Of a DNA stretch of 64,000 bases, positions 42,257 through 50,784 are shown one piece after another. Numbering within the stretch: the first letter of the stretch is position 1; each line of letters starts with the position of its first letter. The translations under genes were made by a program, and so were the position numbers. Source of the DNA: Verrucomicrobiota bacterium (lineage in GTDB: Bacteria > Verrucomicrobiota > Verrucomicrobiia > Opitutales > Cerasicoccaceae); NCBI GenBank assembly GCA_039818205.1, contig JBCBUK010000009.1, positions 32,001 through 96,000 on the forward strand, written 5' to 3'. Under the pieces are notes generated by a model. The model was not told where the DNA came from and did not search any database. It saw only the letters and a program-made list of their open reading frames with translations.

Positions 42257-42817
42257 TCAGTTTCGGGGCGTAACTCGAGTGGTCGACTCTTTGGTGTAGG
42301 CGGAACCACCGGCTTTGCGCTCGGTGATTAGGGTAAAATCATAGCTGCCGGTTCCATCGACCCGTTCGACGGAAAATTCAGTAACATCTTGGAGAAGGCG
42401 TTTGGTGTTATTGTTTAGAACCAGGCCTTGGGCTGAATATTCCGCGTATGCTCGCCGTAATTCGGCATTGTCGGAAACCATGTAGGTGATCTCGGTGCTC
42501 ACCGGGGTAACGCCGTTTTCGTTTTCGAAATTTGGCAGGGTAAGCACGACCGAGTAGGGTTCGTCGTCTTTATCGTCCTCAGGTTCGTTGATCTCGATGG
42601 ATGTCAATCCGCGGAAGTCATCCGCGATATGATTAACGACATAGCGGAATTCGCGATCCATATCTGCCTGAGTAGCAAGGCTGTAGTGAACCTTGCTGAA
42701 CCTGATCATCGCGGAAAACGCCATCGCAAAAACCACGATCGCTAAGGATGCAGCAATCATCACTTCGACCAGGGTAAAGCCGAGAGAGGATGCGGATCGC
42801 TTACGCGCTAATTCCAT
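42257..42817 (-). CDS. PilW/GspJ-like minor pilin (cassette 2)
   Basis: SLG|FTLVEVMIA N-methylation motif; C-terminal TRVTPRN. Confidence 0.85.
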   Translation of the reverse strand: MELARKRSASSLGFTLVEVMIAASLAIVVFAMAFSAMIRFSKVHYSLATQADMDREFRYVVNHIADDFRGLTSIEINEPEDDKDDEPYSVVLTLPNFENENGVTPVSTEITYMVSDNAELRRAYAEYSAQGLVLNNNTKRLLQDVTEFSVERVDGTGSYDFTLITERKAGGSAYTKESTTRVTPRN

Positions 42818-43220
42818 ATTGAGTGATGAAGGTTACAATTTTTGCGTTCTGCGGTTTCCCGCTGCTATCGGTCCAGCCGACTTCAAGGACTACTTGGAGC
42901 TGGTCGTCGCGATTTTCGCGTTTTGCGACTGAAATGGATGTTGAGAATCGTTGATCATTCGACTCGGTGACAAACTCTGAATCGTCGGAAATTTCGCCAA
43001 CTGCCTCCCAGCTAAGGCCGCGAATTCGCTCGAGTTCTGACAATAGCAATTCATTGGCCGCAACGTTCAACCGGCTGTTCTCGGACGCCCGCATCGCCGG
43101 CTTTAACGCAACAAATGCCGATGCCATAACCAAGGCAACAAGAGACATTGCTACCATGACTTCAATTAAAGTCATGGCCGATTGGGGTCTTTTGGCCTTA
43201 TTGGTGGGAGCCAAACGCAT
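42801..43220 (-). CDS. PilV/GspI-like minor pilin (cassette 2)
   Basis: QSA|MTLIEVMVA; SELERIRGLSW; LEVGWTD. Confidence 0.85.
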   Translation of the reverse strand: MRLAPTNKAKRPQSAMTLIEVMVAMSLVALVMASAFVALKPAMRASENSRLNVAANELLLSELERIRGLSWEAVGEISDDSEFVTESNDQRFSTSISVAKRENRDDQLQVVLEVGWTDSSGKPQNAKIVTFITQYGISA

Positions 43221-43296
43221 CTGTTTGGTTAATCTGTGTTCGTTGCTAGAGTCTTTAACTCATGTTTGTATCGATATTTCGCTTCAATTGCTAACT

Positions 43297-43322
43297 AAAA
43301 CGACGCCCCCCAGGGAGCGTCG
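43297..43322 (-). terminator. Terminator between the two pilin cassettes
   Basis: Minus strand CGACGCTCCC-TG-GGGGGCGTCG-TTTT. Confidence 0.65.
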
Positions 43323-43357
43323 CCAAGCTAAATAAATTTTTTATAAATCTGAGAGGC

Positions 43358-44314
43358 TTAGAAGGTGGCGAAGAAGTCTTCGTAGGAACCATTCTGGGGA
43401 TCACCTTGGAAGTCATCCTTGGCCTTCATGATGCGGTAGTCTTCCATGATCATTGATTCGGTTCCGAGTGCCAGGTCTTTCAAGGCTTCATCGTAGTTCA
43501 GGCCGTTGAATTCGTGATTGGTAGACCCCTGTCCGTTGTTGGAGATCGTATTTGCGATTACCGCGCCGAGCATCCCGGAGGTTCCCTTGATGCTGAATGA
43601 CGCATCCGGCGCATAAATGACGGCTGACAATCCAGCGTTACCCCCCAGTCCAATGCTTTGGCCGTTTCCGCCGGTGCCGTAGATGATGAAGCTTGCAGGA
43701 GGGGCGAGGGTATTCACATCGCCGTTGCCCTGCAGGCCGACATCACCTTTTACATACATCACGAGCGTCGAGTCATCAGTGATTTGAACCTCTTGATTTT
43801 TGAAATCGAATCCCTGGTCCGCGATTATAATCGCATGGCCATCAATGACGACGTTGTTGCCCAGTGAGAAGTCGCTCGAAAAGTGAATGACGCTCGGACT
43901 TTCCTCGGTGCCTGGCGCATAGATCGTGGTTACGGCATTCGCGCCATTACCCTCGGTGACAGAGTAGAGCTGGGAAGCACTGATGGTGTCTCCACTGCCA
44001 TCGTCTGAGTCATCCAGTCCTAGATCGATCCCAAAACCAGATGATTCGTTCGTATCCGTTGCATCCGTTGCATCCGTGGTATCGGTTGTATCCGTAGTGC
44101 CGGTAGAATCTGTCGTGTCGGTGGTTGTGCCCGTTGTTGTATCGGTCGTGTCAGTGGTGTCGTTTTTATCGTTCTTCTTCTCTTGGCCTGGGTTTGTTTT
44201 ATCCTGACCCGTGCTAGCCGGTTTTTTGGCTTGGGCCACCGAGGGAAGGGCGACCATGAGGAAGCCCGATAGCATTAAGCTAAAGGCGATGTGGCTGAGG
44301 CGTGAAAATTTCAT
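43358..44314 (-). CDS. Secreted beta-solenoid protein with Thr/Asp-rich linker (cassette 1)
   Basis: Signal peptide ending AQA; DTT-repeat linker; MYVKGDV, IIYGT, AVIYAPDA, GAVIA, NYDEAL. Confidence 0.78.
   Translation of the reverse strand: MKFSRLSHIAFSLMLSGFLMVALPSVAQAKKPASTGQDKTNPGQEKKNDKNDTTDTTDTTTGTTTDTTDSTGTTDTTDTTDATDATDTNESSGFGIDLGLDDSDDGSGDTISASQLYSVTEGNGANAVTTIYAPGTEESPSVIHFSSDFSLGNNVVIDGHAIIIADQGFDFKNQEVQITDDSTLVMYVKGDVGLQGNGDVNTLAPPASFIIYGTGGNGQSIGLGGNAGLSAVIYAPDASFSIKGTSGMLGAVIANTISNNGQGSTNHEFNGLNYDEALKDLALGTESMIMEDYRIMKAKDDFQGDPQNGSYEDFFATF
44051..44161 (-). repeat. Degenerate 9-bp coding repeat (DTT/DAT/GTT tripeptides)
   Basis: Encodes DTTDTTDTTTGTTTDTTDSTGTTDTTDTTDATDATDT. 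Confidence 0.8.
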
Positions 44315-44338
44315 AATACGAGCGGTTGGGAATGAGAA

Positions 44339-45169
44339 TTAAAACAGGGAAGGACCGTTGTTGCCGGACGAAGACGGATGCTCAACGGAGGGGAAATTTG
44401 CCGTGTAGTTGGTGGTCTGGCTCACGATGTTTCCATTGTAGGTGACCGCATCGCCAAAGACGCTTGCGCCAGTTAGCACGTTACCGATCTGAAGGGCAGT
44501 CATGCCGGCTTGCGTTTTTGAGTTGGAGCTCGAGAGCAGAACCGAGTTGTCTGAAGTGCTCAAAGAGCCACCTTGCCAATCGCTGTCGCGGCCATTCAGA
44601 GCGTCTGGGACACTGGCGAAATCGTTGGTGTTCGTTGCCGCAAGGATTGTTCCTGATCCAAGGTCCATTGTGTCTTTTGATACGAAGCCGATAAACGGTT
44701 TGAGTTGATCGGTGTCAATCTGGACGATCTGGTTGAGGATGTCGGCACCGGAACCATCGACAACGATACCCTGTGCGATGACTTCCATTTCTTGGCCCTC
44801 GACGGGCTCTTTGACGGCCACCTTGGCATAACCAGTGTATTCGCCACCCAAAGTGACTCCGGGAAACTGAACGCGGCGAACGTAGTAGTAGGCACCATCA
44901 GGGCCAAGCTTCTTGGTCCAGTCGCGATCGGCGTCCCACATGGCCGTGTCCCAGCCATTTTGGTAGGCGGACCAGATCGCCTCTTCGCCACCTGCCTCAG
45001 CAAGGGCAAAGGATGAGGATAAAAGTCGGTTTTTAACGGCCATGCGGTAATCGCCCATATAGGCAGGGAGCATGGTTCCAACCATGATGAAGGCCACCAT
45101 GGTGAAGAGGATCGCGGCGATGAGCACGGAACCTCGTTTTGAATCTGTTGTCGTTGGGGTCGGCTGCAT
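44339..45169 (-). CDS. PilX/GspK-like minor pilin (cassette 1)
   Basis: KRG|SVLIAAILF, SFALAEAGGEEA, FIGFVSK; paralog of 41393-42253. Confidence 0.8.
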   Translation of the reverse strand: MQPTPTTTDSKRGSVLIAAILFTMVAFIMVGTMLPAYMGDYRMAVKNRLLSSSFALAEAGGEEAIWSAYQNGWDTAMWDADRDWTKKLGPDGAYYYVRRVQFPGVTLGGEYTGYAKVAVKEPVEGQEMEVIAQGIVVDGSGADILNQIVQIDTDQLKPFIGFVSKDTMDLGSGTILAATNTNDFASVPDALNGRDSDWQGGSLSTSDNSVLLSSSNSKTQAGMTALQIGNVLTGASVFGDAVTYNGNIVSQTTNYTANFPSVEHPSSSGNNGPSLF

Positions 45170-45170
45170 G

Positions 45171-45677
45171 TTAGTTCCTCATTCTGATGTTCAAGTCGCG
45201 ATCGAGAGTAATGTTCCGGTCTCCGATGTCTTTGCTCAGGGTGACCGAAAATGAAAGTGAGTCGTTGGATTGGCTGGCGGTAAATTTGCTCACATTTTCG
45301 AGCAGAAGACGTTCATCGCCGCTGTCTTCCTGGCGGTAGATATTGTCGCCACGGTAGATGTAGTGTATGAGCTGCGGTGTGTTGCCGTTGGGCATAGTCA
45401 ATGTGCAAGAGCCACTGCTTATGGAGGCATTTGCGGCCATGCGGGCATCGTCAGAGAGCTCTTGGATGGTCATGCGCATCTGGCGATCGAAGTCGGATCG
45501 CGCGGCCATGGTCAGGTTCGTTTTGTAGAATTGAATGAACATGCCGGTCGCGCCCGTGAGGATAAAAGCCGCAATTGCAATGGCGACGAGGATCTCGGCG
45601 AGGGTGAAGCCCTTGTGAGAGGCCTGCTTACGACGCGCTGACGCCGCTTTTTGTAACGATAGTGACCAAGTTTGCAT
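45171..45677 (-). CDS. PilW/GspJ-like minor pilin (cassette 1)
   Basis: HKG|FTLAEILVA; C-terminal IRMRN; nearest in-frame ATG is 45677, overlapping the upstream gene by 50 nt. Confidence 0.82.
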   Translation of the reverse strand: MQTWSLSLQKAASARRKQASHKGFTLAEILVAIAIAAFILTGATGMFIQFYKTNLTMAARSDFDRQMRMTIQELSDDARMAANASISSGSCTLTMPNGNTPQLIHYIYRGDNIYRQEDSGDERLLLENVSKFTASQSNDSLSFSVTLSKDIGDRNITLDRDLNIRMRN

Positions 45678-46086
45678 TGTGAGTCTTTCCTTTGGTGTCC
45701 GTCCAAGAAACTTCGAGTAGGATTTCCATTTGATCAGAGCGACTTTCACGGTTGGTTAGAGAAATGGCGCTGGCCAAACGATTGTTGGTGCTCGCAGTGT
45801 AGAAACTGAGAGATTTGTTGGAATCTTTGGCGTTGTCGTAGTTGGTTTTCAAAGTCTCGATCTCCGACCAACTCAACGAGCGAATATACTCCAGTTCTGA
45901 TTCGAGGTGAAACTGTGCATCGGCGTTTAACCGCGCAGATTCAGATGAACGGAATCCGATTGAGAGGGTGGCCATAGTCGAAAGAAAAACCATAGCGATA
46001 ATCACTGATCCGATCATAACTTCAACGAGGGTAACTCCCGAGTGAGCGCCTGTCGTTTTTGTTTTAATTCCCATATTTGCCATCAT
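45628..46086 (-). CDS. PilV/GspI-like minor pilin (cassette 1)
   Basis: HSG|VTLVEVMIG; SELEYIRSLSW; LEVSWTD. Confidence 0.85.
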   Translation of the reverse strand: MMANMGIKTKTTGAHSGVTLVEVMIGSVIIAMVFLSTMATLSIGFRSSESARLNADAQFHLESELEYIRSLSWSEIETLKTNYDNAKDSNKSLSFYTASTNNRLASAISLTNRESRSDQMEILLEVSWTDTKGKTHNANLVTIVTKSGVSAS

Positions 46087-46123
46087 GATAACATTATTGG
46101 GTGGATTTCCGACAGAGCTTTAG

Positions 46124-46190
46124 GGGAAGTTTTAGGCCCCCAACTCAACAGGGCTGCATGGTCCTACTGTAGTTAGGACTAATTCGTCAT
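46124..46190. promoter_or_regulatory. Three spaced imperfect palindromes (RGGAC-N6-GTCCY-like), candidate response-regulator boxes
   Basis: GGGAA-N6-GGCCC (46124), AGGGC-N6-GTCCT (46150), AGGAC-N6-GTCAT (46175); 25-26 bp period. Confidence 0.4.
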
Positions 46191-46739
46191 TGATCTCAAA
46201 AGAATGTAATGAGTAAGAAGTTTCGACATTCATTACTTGCTCAGTGGCATTGTTTTGACGTAGTGATTCCACCTTGCCCTTGGTAAATATATGCAAATGT
46301 ATTTCTGTTTCGATTTTTCTTAAAATGAGTCTATGAATAAACTTCTTTTCACTGATGTAATCTGGGCTTTCAGCGTTTTTTACAGATCCAATTATGGCGG
46401 TATTCTAGTGGCCTATATTCGCTGATTTTCTCTAGAGAACTGGCGCTCAACGGGAATACTTCAGAGTCCGATTCACTATTGTTTACCAGATTCTTTGTTG
46501 GAGGAACCCTCTAATCGACTCGCAGAGCAAAACGGAAACAGTTTCCTTAAAAAACCAGTTTGATGAACTATTTTGGTAAACTATTTCATGTGAGTGATCA
46601 TAAGGCTAATCATGGAGAATCTGTCACCTTTGACCATAATATGCACGAGCCTCAATTAAATCGGGATGTTTTCGCAGGCTGGTTTGTTGGCCCAGTGTTT
46701 TCGCTCGGATTTCGTGTCGATTCCAGTCACCGTTGAATC

Positions 46740-48368
46740 ATGAATCCCGGCTTAAGCATCTGGAACCGTCTGCTGGGCGTCATGCTCGTACTGGTGCTTT
46801 CGGCGGGAGGATTGCTTTTTTGGCAGGAAAGGATAGCGGAGCGGGCGAGTGAGCGAGAGTTGCGTGCTTCGATCGAAGATCGGCAAGCGGCATTTCAGCG
46901 CACAAGCCGTCAGCTCTCGCAGTCGTTGATCGATTTCGTGGTGGTGGAAAGCCGCACGAGCTTGCCAGCCAAGCTGGAGTCGGGCCGGGCGGGGGCTGTT
47001 GGCGCCGAATTAGAAACATCTGCGGATGTTGCGCGGGTTGACTGGTTTGCCCTCTTTGGTACGAATGGGGAGCTCCTCTCGCTATACAATGGAACGCAGC
47101 GAACTCCCAGCGAGAATGCTCTGCCAATTCCGGCGGCAACGCTTCAATCGCTTGCCAATGACGGGGAGGATGCGATGTTTTTCTCAGCACAGTTTGGGAT
47201 TCCGATGCAGTTGGTGTTTTCTCCGGTTCGCAGCGCTGATGGCGATTCCAATTTAGGTTATCTGCTCGCTGGTCGGTATTGGGATCGTCGTTATTTGACC
47301 CAGCTAGGAAACTTGGTGGACGCGCAAATTAATTTCGTACCGCTGGATCGAGTTGGTCCGGCTGCTTCTGGATTTATTGACGGCGGAATATCATATCAAG
47401 TGACGGAGCTCGGGCTTGGCATTTCGGGCCAGCCCCTGTTTGCCTACACGGTGACTTATGACCTGTTGGAAGATCGTATGGAGTTTGCGGAGGTCAAGGG
47501 AGCGCGTAGGCGGGTGGCGCTTGGTGTCGTTGGCTTACTGGTTGTATTCTTTGCCGTGCTATGGAAGTGGTTGGCTTTTCCTCTGCGGCTGGTTGCAGAG
47601 GCGCTTGAGAAGGACGACCCGACGGTTCTCAAACCGATCCTCAACGAGGACTATGATTGGGCCAGAATCGCTCAGCGTCTGACCGAATCAAGCGAGGCCC
47701 GACTTGAGTTAACCAAGCAGGTCCAACGCCGGCAGGAGCAGCTTCGCATCGAGCAGGAGACGACCAAAGTCCGGCAGTCCCTGGCTCGAGATTTGCACGA
47801 TGGCGTAATTCAGAGTGTGTATGGCGTTGGCCTCCAACTGGATAGGGTGGGCCGATTGGCACAAAAGGATCCCGACAAAAGTCGGAAGAGTATTCGAGAA
47901 TGCCAAGAACAACTCAACGGCATTATTGGTGAGATCCGGGGCTACATTAAAGGGCTGGACCCCAAACCGCTTCAGGGACAGGGACTTAAGGATGCCTTGT
48001 CTCAGCTGGTCACGAATTCGCAGCGATCAACCGACGCCAAAATCGTCGGTGACTTTGATTCGGAAAGCTGCGAGGCGCTGTCTGCCAGTGAAGCCATAAA
48101 TATTTACCAGATTGCTCGGGAGCTGCTCAGCAACGCGATCCGACACTCGAAAGCGTCCCAGATTCGGATTCGGATGGAACGGTTACCTAAAGCTGTGTGT
48201 CTCACCGTTTTGGACAACGGCACCGGAATCGATTTGGAGGCCGCTCGAAATAAGGGAAACGGTTTAGGCAATCTCGAAAATCGCGCTCGACAAATGGGCG
48301 GTAATATTGAGTTTAGTAACAGGCATGCAACGGGATTAAGTGTATCCGTGACGACGCCGATAAAATAA
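46740..48368 (+). CDS. Membrane sensor kinase (periplasmic CHASE4-like domain, HisKA_3/NarQ-type)
   Basis: Two TMs flanking the sensor; LARDLHDGVIQ, ELLSNAIRHS, DNGTG, GLGNLENRA. Confidence 0.9.
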   Translation: MNPGLSIWNRLLGVMLVLVLSAGGLLFWQERIAERASERELRASIEDRQAAFQRTSRQLSQSLIDFVVVESRTSLPAKLESGRAGAVGAELETSADVARVDWFALFGTNGELLSLYNGTQRTPSENALPIPAATLQSLANDGEDAMFFSAQFGIPMQLVFSPVRSADGDSNLGYLLAGRYWDRRYLTQLGNLVDAQINFVPLDRVGPAASGFIDGGISYQVTELGLGISGQPLFAYTVTYDLLEDRMEFAEVKGARRRVALGVVGLLVVFFAVLWKWLAFPLRLVAEALEKDDPTVLKPILNEDYDWARIAQRLTESSEARLELTKQVQRRQEQLRIEQETTKVRQSLARDLHDGVIQSVYGVGLQLDRVGRLAQKDPDKSRKSIRECQEQLNGIIGEIRGYIKGLDPKPLQGQGLKDALSQLVTNSQRSTDAKIVGDFDSESCEALSASEAINIYQIARELLSNAIRHSKASQIRIRMERLPKAVCLTVLDNGTGIDLEAARNKGNGLGNLENRARQMGGNIEFSNRHATGLSVSVTTPIK

Positions 48369-48370
48369 GT

Positions 48371-49054
48371 GTGATAATGACGACCCAGACTCCAACCAAA
48401 GTATTAATTATTGAAGACCACGAAGTAGTCCGCCTTGGGCTGCGCCAGATCATTGGAGATTTCGACGAATTCAATTTGGTTGGGGAAGCAGGTACCTGTG
48501 CGGATGCCTTGACGGTTTATCAGGAAAGCCAACCGGACGTTGTTTTGCTCGACCTTATGCTTCCAGATGGCAGTGGCCTCGAGCTCTGCGCAAAATTGCG
48601 CTCCTTCGAGCATAAATCGAAAATCATTGTCCTGACTTCTTGCGAAGATGACCGATGCATTTTTGATGCGTTTGCGCAAGGTGTTGAAGGGTATTTGTTA
48701 AAGAACGCAAATGGCGAATCCTTGGTGAATGCCTTGCGCGATGTCATGCTAGGAAAAACGATCCTGGATCCATCCGTTACTCAGCACGTGGTTAATCACT
48801 TGCGGGATGAAGGGCAGAGCAAACAGGAAGACTTGATCAATACGCTTTCCGCACAGGAAAAACGTGTCCTCGAACAAGTCGCCAAGGGCTTAACCAATAA
48901 GGAAGTAGCCGCGGTTCTCAGCCTCAGCGAGAAAACCGTCAAAAACTATTTCAGCAACGTTTTGAGCAAGCTCTACGTTTCCCGACGCACCGAAGCAGCG
49001 GCACTATACTGGCAGTTCAACCGCCAGAACGAAAACTATCCGCTCGGGCGATAA
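48371..49054 (+). CDS. NarL/DevR-family response regulator (REC + LuxR HTH)
   Basis: IIEDHEVVRLG, LLDLMLPDGSG, GLTNKEVA, LSEKTVKNY, RRTEAA. Confidence 0.93.
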   Translation: MIMTTQTPTKVLIIEDHEVVRLGLRQIIGDFDEFNLVGEAGTCADALTVYQESQPDVVLLDLMLPDGSGLELCAKLRSFEHKSKIIVLTSCEDDRCIFDAFAQGVEGYLLKNANGESLVNALRDVMLGKTILDPSVTQHVVNHLRDEGQSKQEDLINTLSAQEKRVLEQVAKGLTNKEVAAVLSLSEKTVKNYFSNVLSKLYVSRRTEAAALYWQFNRQNENYPLGR

Positions 49055-49116
49055 GTCCTTGTGCTGTGGCGGTAGACCTTCGGGACCTTAGTCTATTCGT
49101 GTCCCTATTCGATTAG

Positions 49117-49147
49117 TCTTGATGTCGAGAGAACGCCGGCTGATAAT
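49117..49147 (+). promoter_or_regulatory. Sigma70-like promoter overlapped by a MarR/MhqR-type operator
   Basis: Palindrome TCTTGA-TG-TCGAGA (49117-49130) over TTGATG-N17-GATAAT; ATG 5 nt after the -10. Confidence 0.55.
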
Positions 49148-49152
49148 GGGTC

Positions 49153-49605
49153 ATGTCTGAAAATCCTGATACCTCGGGACCGCATCTTTGGCTCGTTTGG
49201 TGGAAAGCCTATCATTCGATCGAAAAGTATGACCGGCAAAGCATCCAGAAGCTTGGTTTTGCCACCTTGAGTGATTTCGCGGTGCTCGAGGTCTTGCTTC
49301 ACAAGGGCCCGCAGCCGGTGAATTCAATCGGGCGACGGGTATTGCTAACGAGTGGATCCATCACAGCAGCCGTCGACCGAGCGGAAGCCAAAGGATTGGT
49401 GGAGCGGCGTTCTTCGCCAACGGATCGCCGAGTCGTCGAGGTCCATTTAACCGAGGCGGGACAGGAACTTATTGAAAGAGCTTTTAGCAAACACGCCGAA
49501 GCCCTAGAGGAAGTGTTTGCAGAGTTTTCGTCTGAGGAGCGCGATACGCTCTATCGTTTAATGAAGAGTGTGGGGAAACGTGCGGATGATCTGAATCGTG
49601 CCTGA
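49153..49605 (+). CDS. MarR-family regulator, MhqR-like
   Basis: SDFAVLEVLLHKGPQPV, LLTSGSITAAVDR, DRRVVEVHLTEAG. Confidence 0.9.
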   Translation: MSENPDTSGPHLWLVWWKAYHSIEKYDRQSIQKLGFATLSDFAVLEVLLHKGPQPVNSIGRRVLLTSGSITAAVDRAEAKGLVERRSSPTDRRVVEVHLTEAGQELIERAFSKHAEALEEVFAEFSSEERDTLYRLMKSVGKRADDLNRA

Positions 49606-49638
49606 GATTGCTTTACTCCTCGGGCACCCTGACGCAAT

Positions 49639-50784
49639 CTGAGGCTTATTCGACTCCATCGCTACATATTTGGCCAGCTATTGTTGGCTGCGACACTGGC
49701 AATCGCGGTATTCGCTTTTGTCCTTGTTGCGGCTAACGTTTTAAAGGAAGTCGCGGGTCCCTTTGCAGCCGGTCACTTGACGCCGACGATGGTTGCGTAC
49801 CTTGTCGGGATTGCGATTCCCGGCGTTCTTCCTTACGCATTGCCGTTGGGGCTCCTGACTGCGGTGTTGCTTGTTTTTGGTCGCTTATCGGCGCAGAACG
49901 AGTTGGTCGCTATGAAGGCGGCGGGTATTAATCTTTGGCGGATTTGCGCGCCGGTTTTTCTGATTGCGATTCTGGGCGTCGTGACTTCCGGGCTAATCAA
50001 CGTCTACTATGCGCCGATTGCGGACAGCGCGTTTCGGGCGACTTTGCAAAGTGCGGCCCAAGCCGATCCGTTGAGGTTTTTCTCGCCCCGGACCTTCGTG
50101 AAGGACTTCGACGACTATGTAATATTTGCCGAGCGACGGGAGGGCAACGAACTGCGAAATATTCACGTCTGGGAATTGGATGATCAAGATCGAGCGATCC
50201 GCCATTTGCAGGGCTTGCGTGCCTTGTTGGACTTCGACCGGATGGATGCCGCGATCGTTTTGACGGTCTTTGATGCCAGCGGACAGATTATTGATCCAGA
50301 GTTGCCGCCCAGTGAAATTGATTCCAGTAACATCCTGTTTTTTGACCGGTCCGAGTTTCGTTTGCCGCTGGAGGAGCTGTTAGGCAATCAACCCAAACAG
50401 ACCAAACTCGCGTTTCAAACACTGGACAATTTGATGGCAGAACGGAACGATGCCCTGGCCCTCGAACTATCCGGAAGTGACCCGACTGCTTACGCCAAGC
50501 GCATCGAGCTTCAGACGGCTATCCAGAAGAAATTCTCATTTTCCTTTGCCGTGCTTTCGTTGTGTTGGATCGCGATTCCGCTGGGGATTAAAGCCAGCCG
50601 GACGGAGACCTACGTGAACTTCGCTTTGGCCTTTGGTTTGGCCGTGCTGTATTTTCTCTTGTTTATCGTATGTTCGTGGACGGAGAAAACACCGGAGCTC
50701 CGAGCTGACCTGCTTATCTGGACGCCGAACCTTATATTCCAGGGACTTGGTCTGTATCTGTTTTTGCGTGCCGCAAGGCGCTAG
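49639..50784 (+). CDS. LptF/LptG-family LPS export permease; start probably non-canonical (CTG 49639 or ATT 49648)
   Basis: LHRYIF N-terminal motif, ALPLGLLTAVLLVFGRLSAQNELVAMKAAG, IAIPLGI, WTPNL. Confidence 0.85.
   Translation: MRLIRLHRYIFGQLLLAATLAIAVFAFVLVAANVLKEVAGPFAAGHLTPTMVAYLVGIAIPGVLPYALPLGLLTAVLLVFGRLSAQNELVAMKAAGINLWRICAPVFLIAILGVVTSGLINVYYAPIADSAFRATLQSAAQADPLRFFSPRTFVKDFDDYVIFAERREGNELRNIHVWELDDQDRAIRHLQGLRALLDFDRMDAAIVLTVFDASGQIIDPELPPSEIDSSNILFFDRSEFRLPLEELLGNQPKQTKLAFQTLDNLMAERNDALALELSGSDPTAYAKRIELQTAIQKKFSFSFAVLSLCWIAIPLGIKASRTETYVNFALAFGLAVLYFLLFIVCSWTEKTPELRADLLIWTPNLIFQGLGLYLFLRAARR

Noticed and set aside
44051..44161. Periodic sequence as CRISPR array
   Set aside because: Degenerate 9-bp in-frame coding repeat with no spacers and no cas genes
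44315..44341. Stop read-through re-fusing PilX1 with the downstream in-frame secreted protein
   Set aside because: TAA stop, downstream gene has its own signal peptide, and the equivalent junction in cassette 2 is out of frame
40596..46086. Shufflon, DGR or phase-variation explanation for the twin cassettes
   Set aside because: No recombinase or reverse transcriptase in the window, no inverted recombination sites or near-identical DNA repeats seen
46254..46277. GCAAGGT...CGTCAAA on the minus strand resembling the ECF promoter
   Set aside because: Spacer is 4 nt shorter than in the two other instances
46200..46739. Small ORFs or ncRNA in the AT-rich spacer
   Set aside because: Only short ORFs without supporting features; no convincing structure seen by eye
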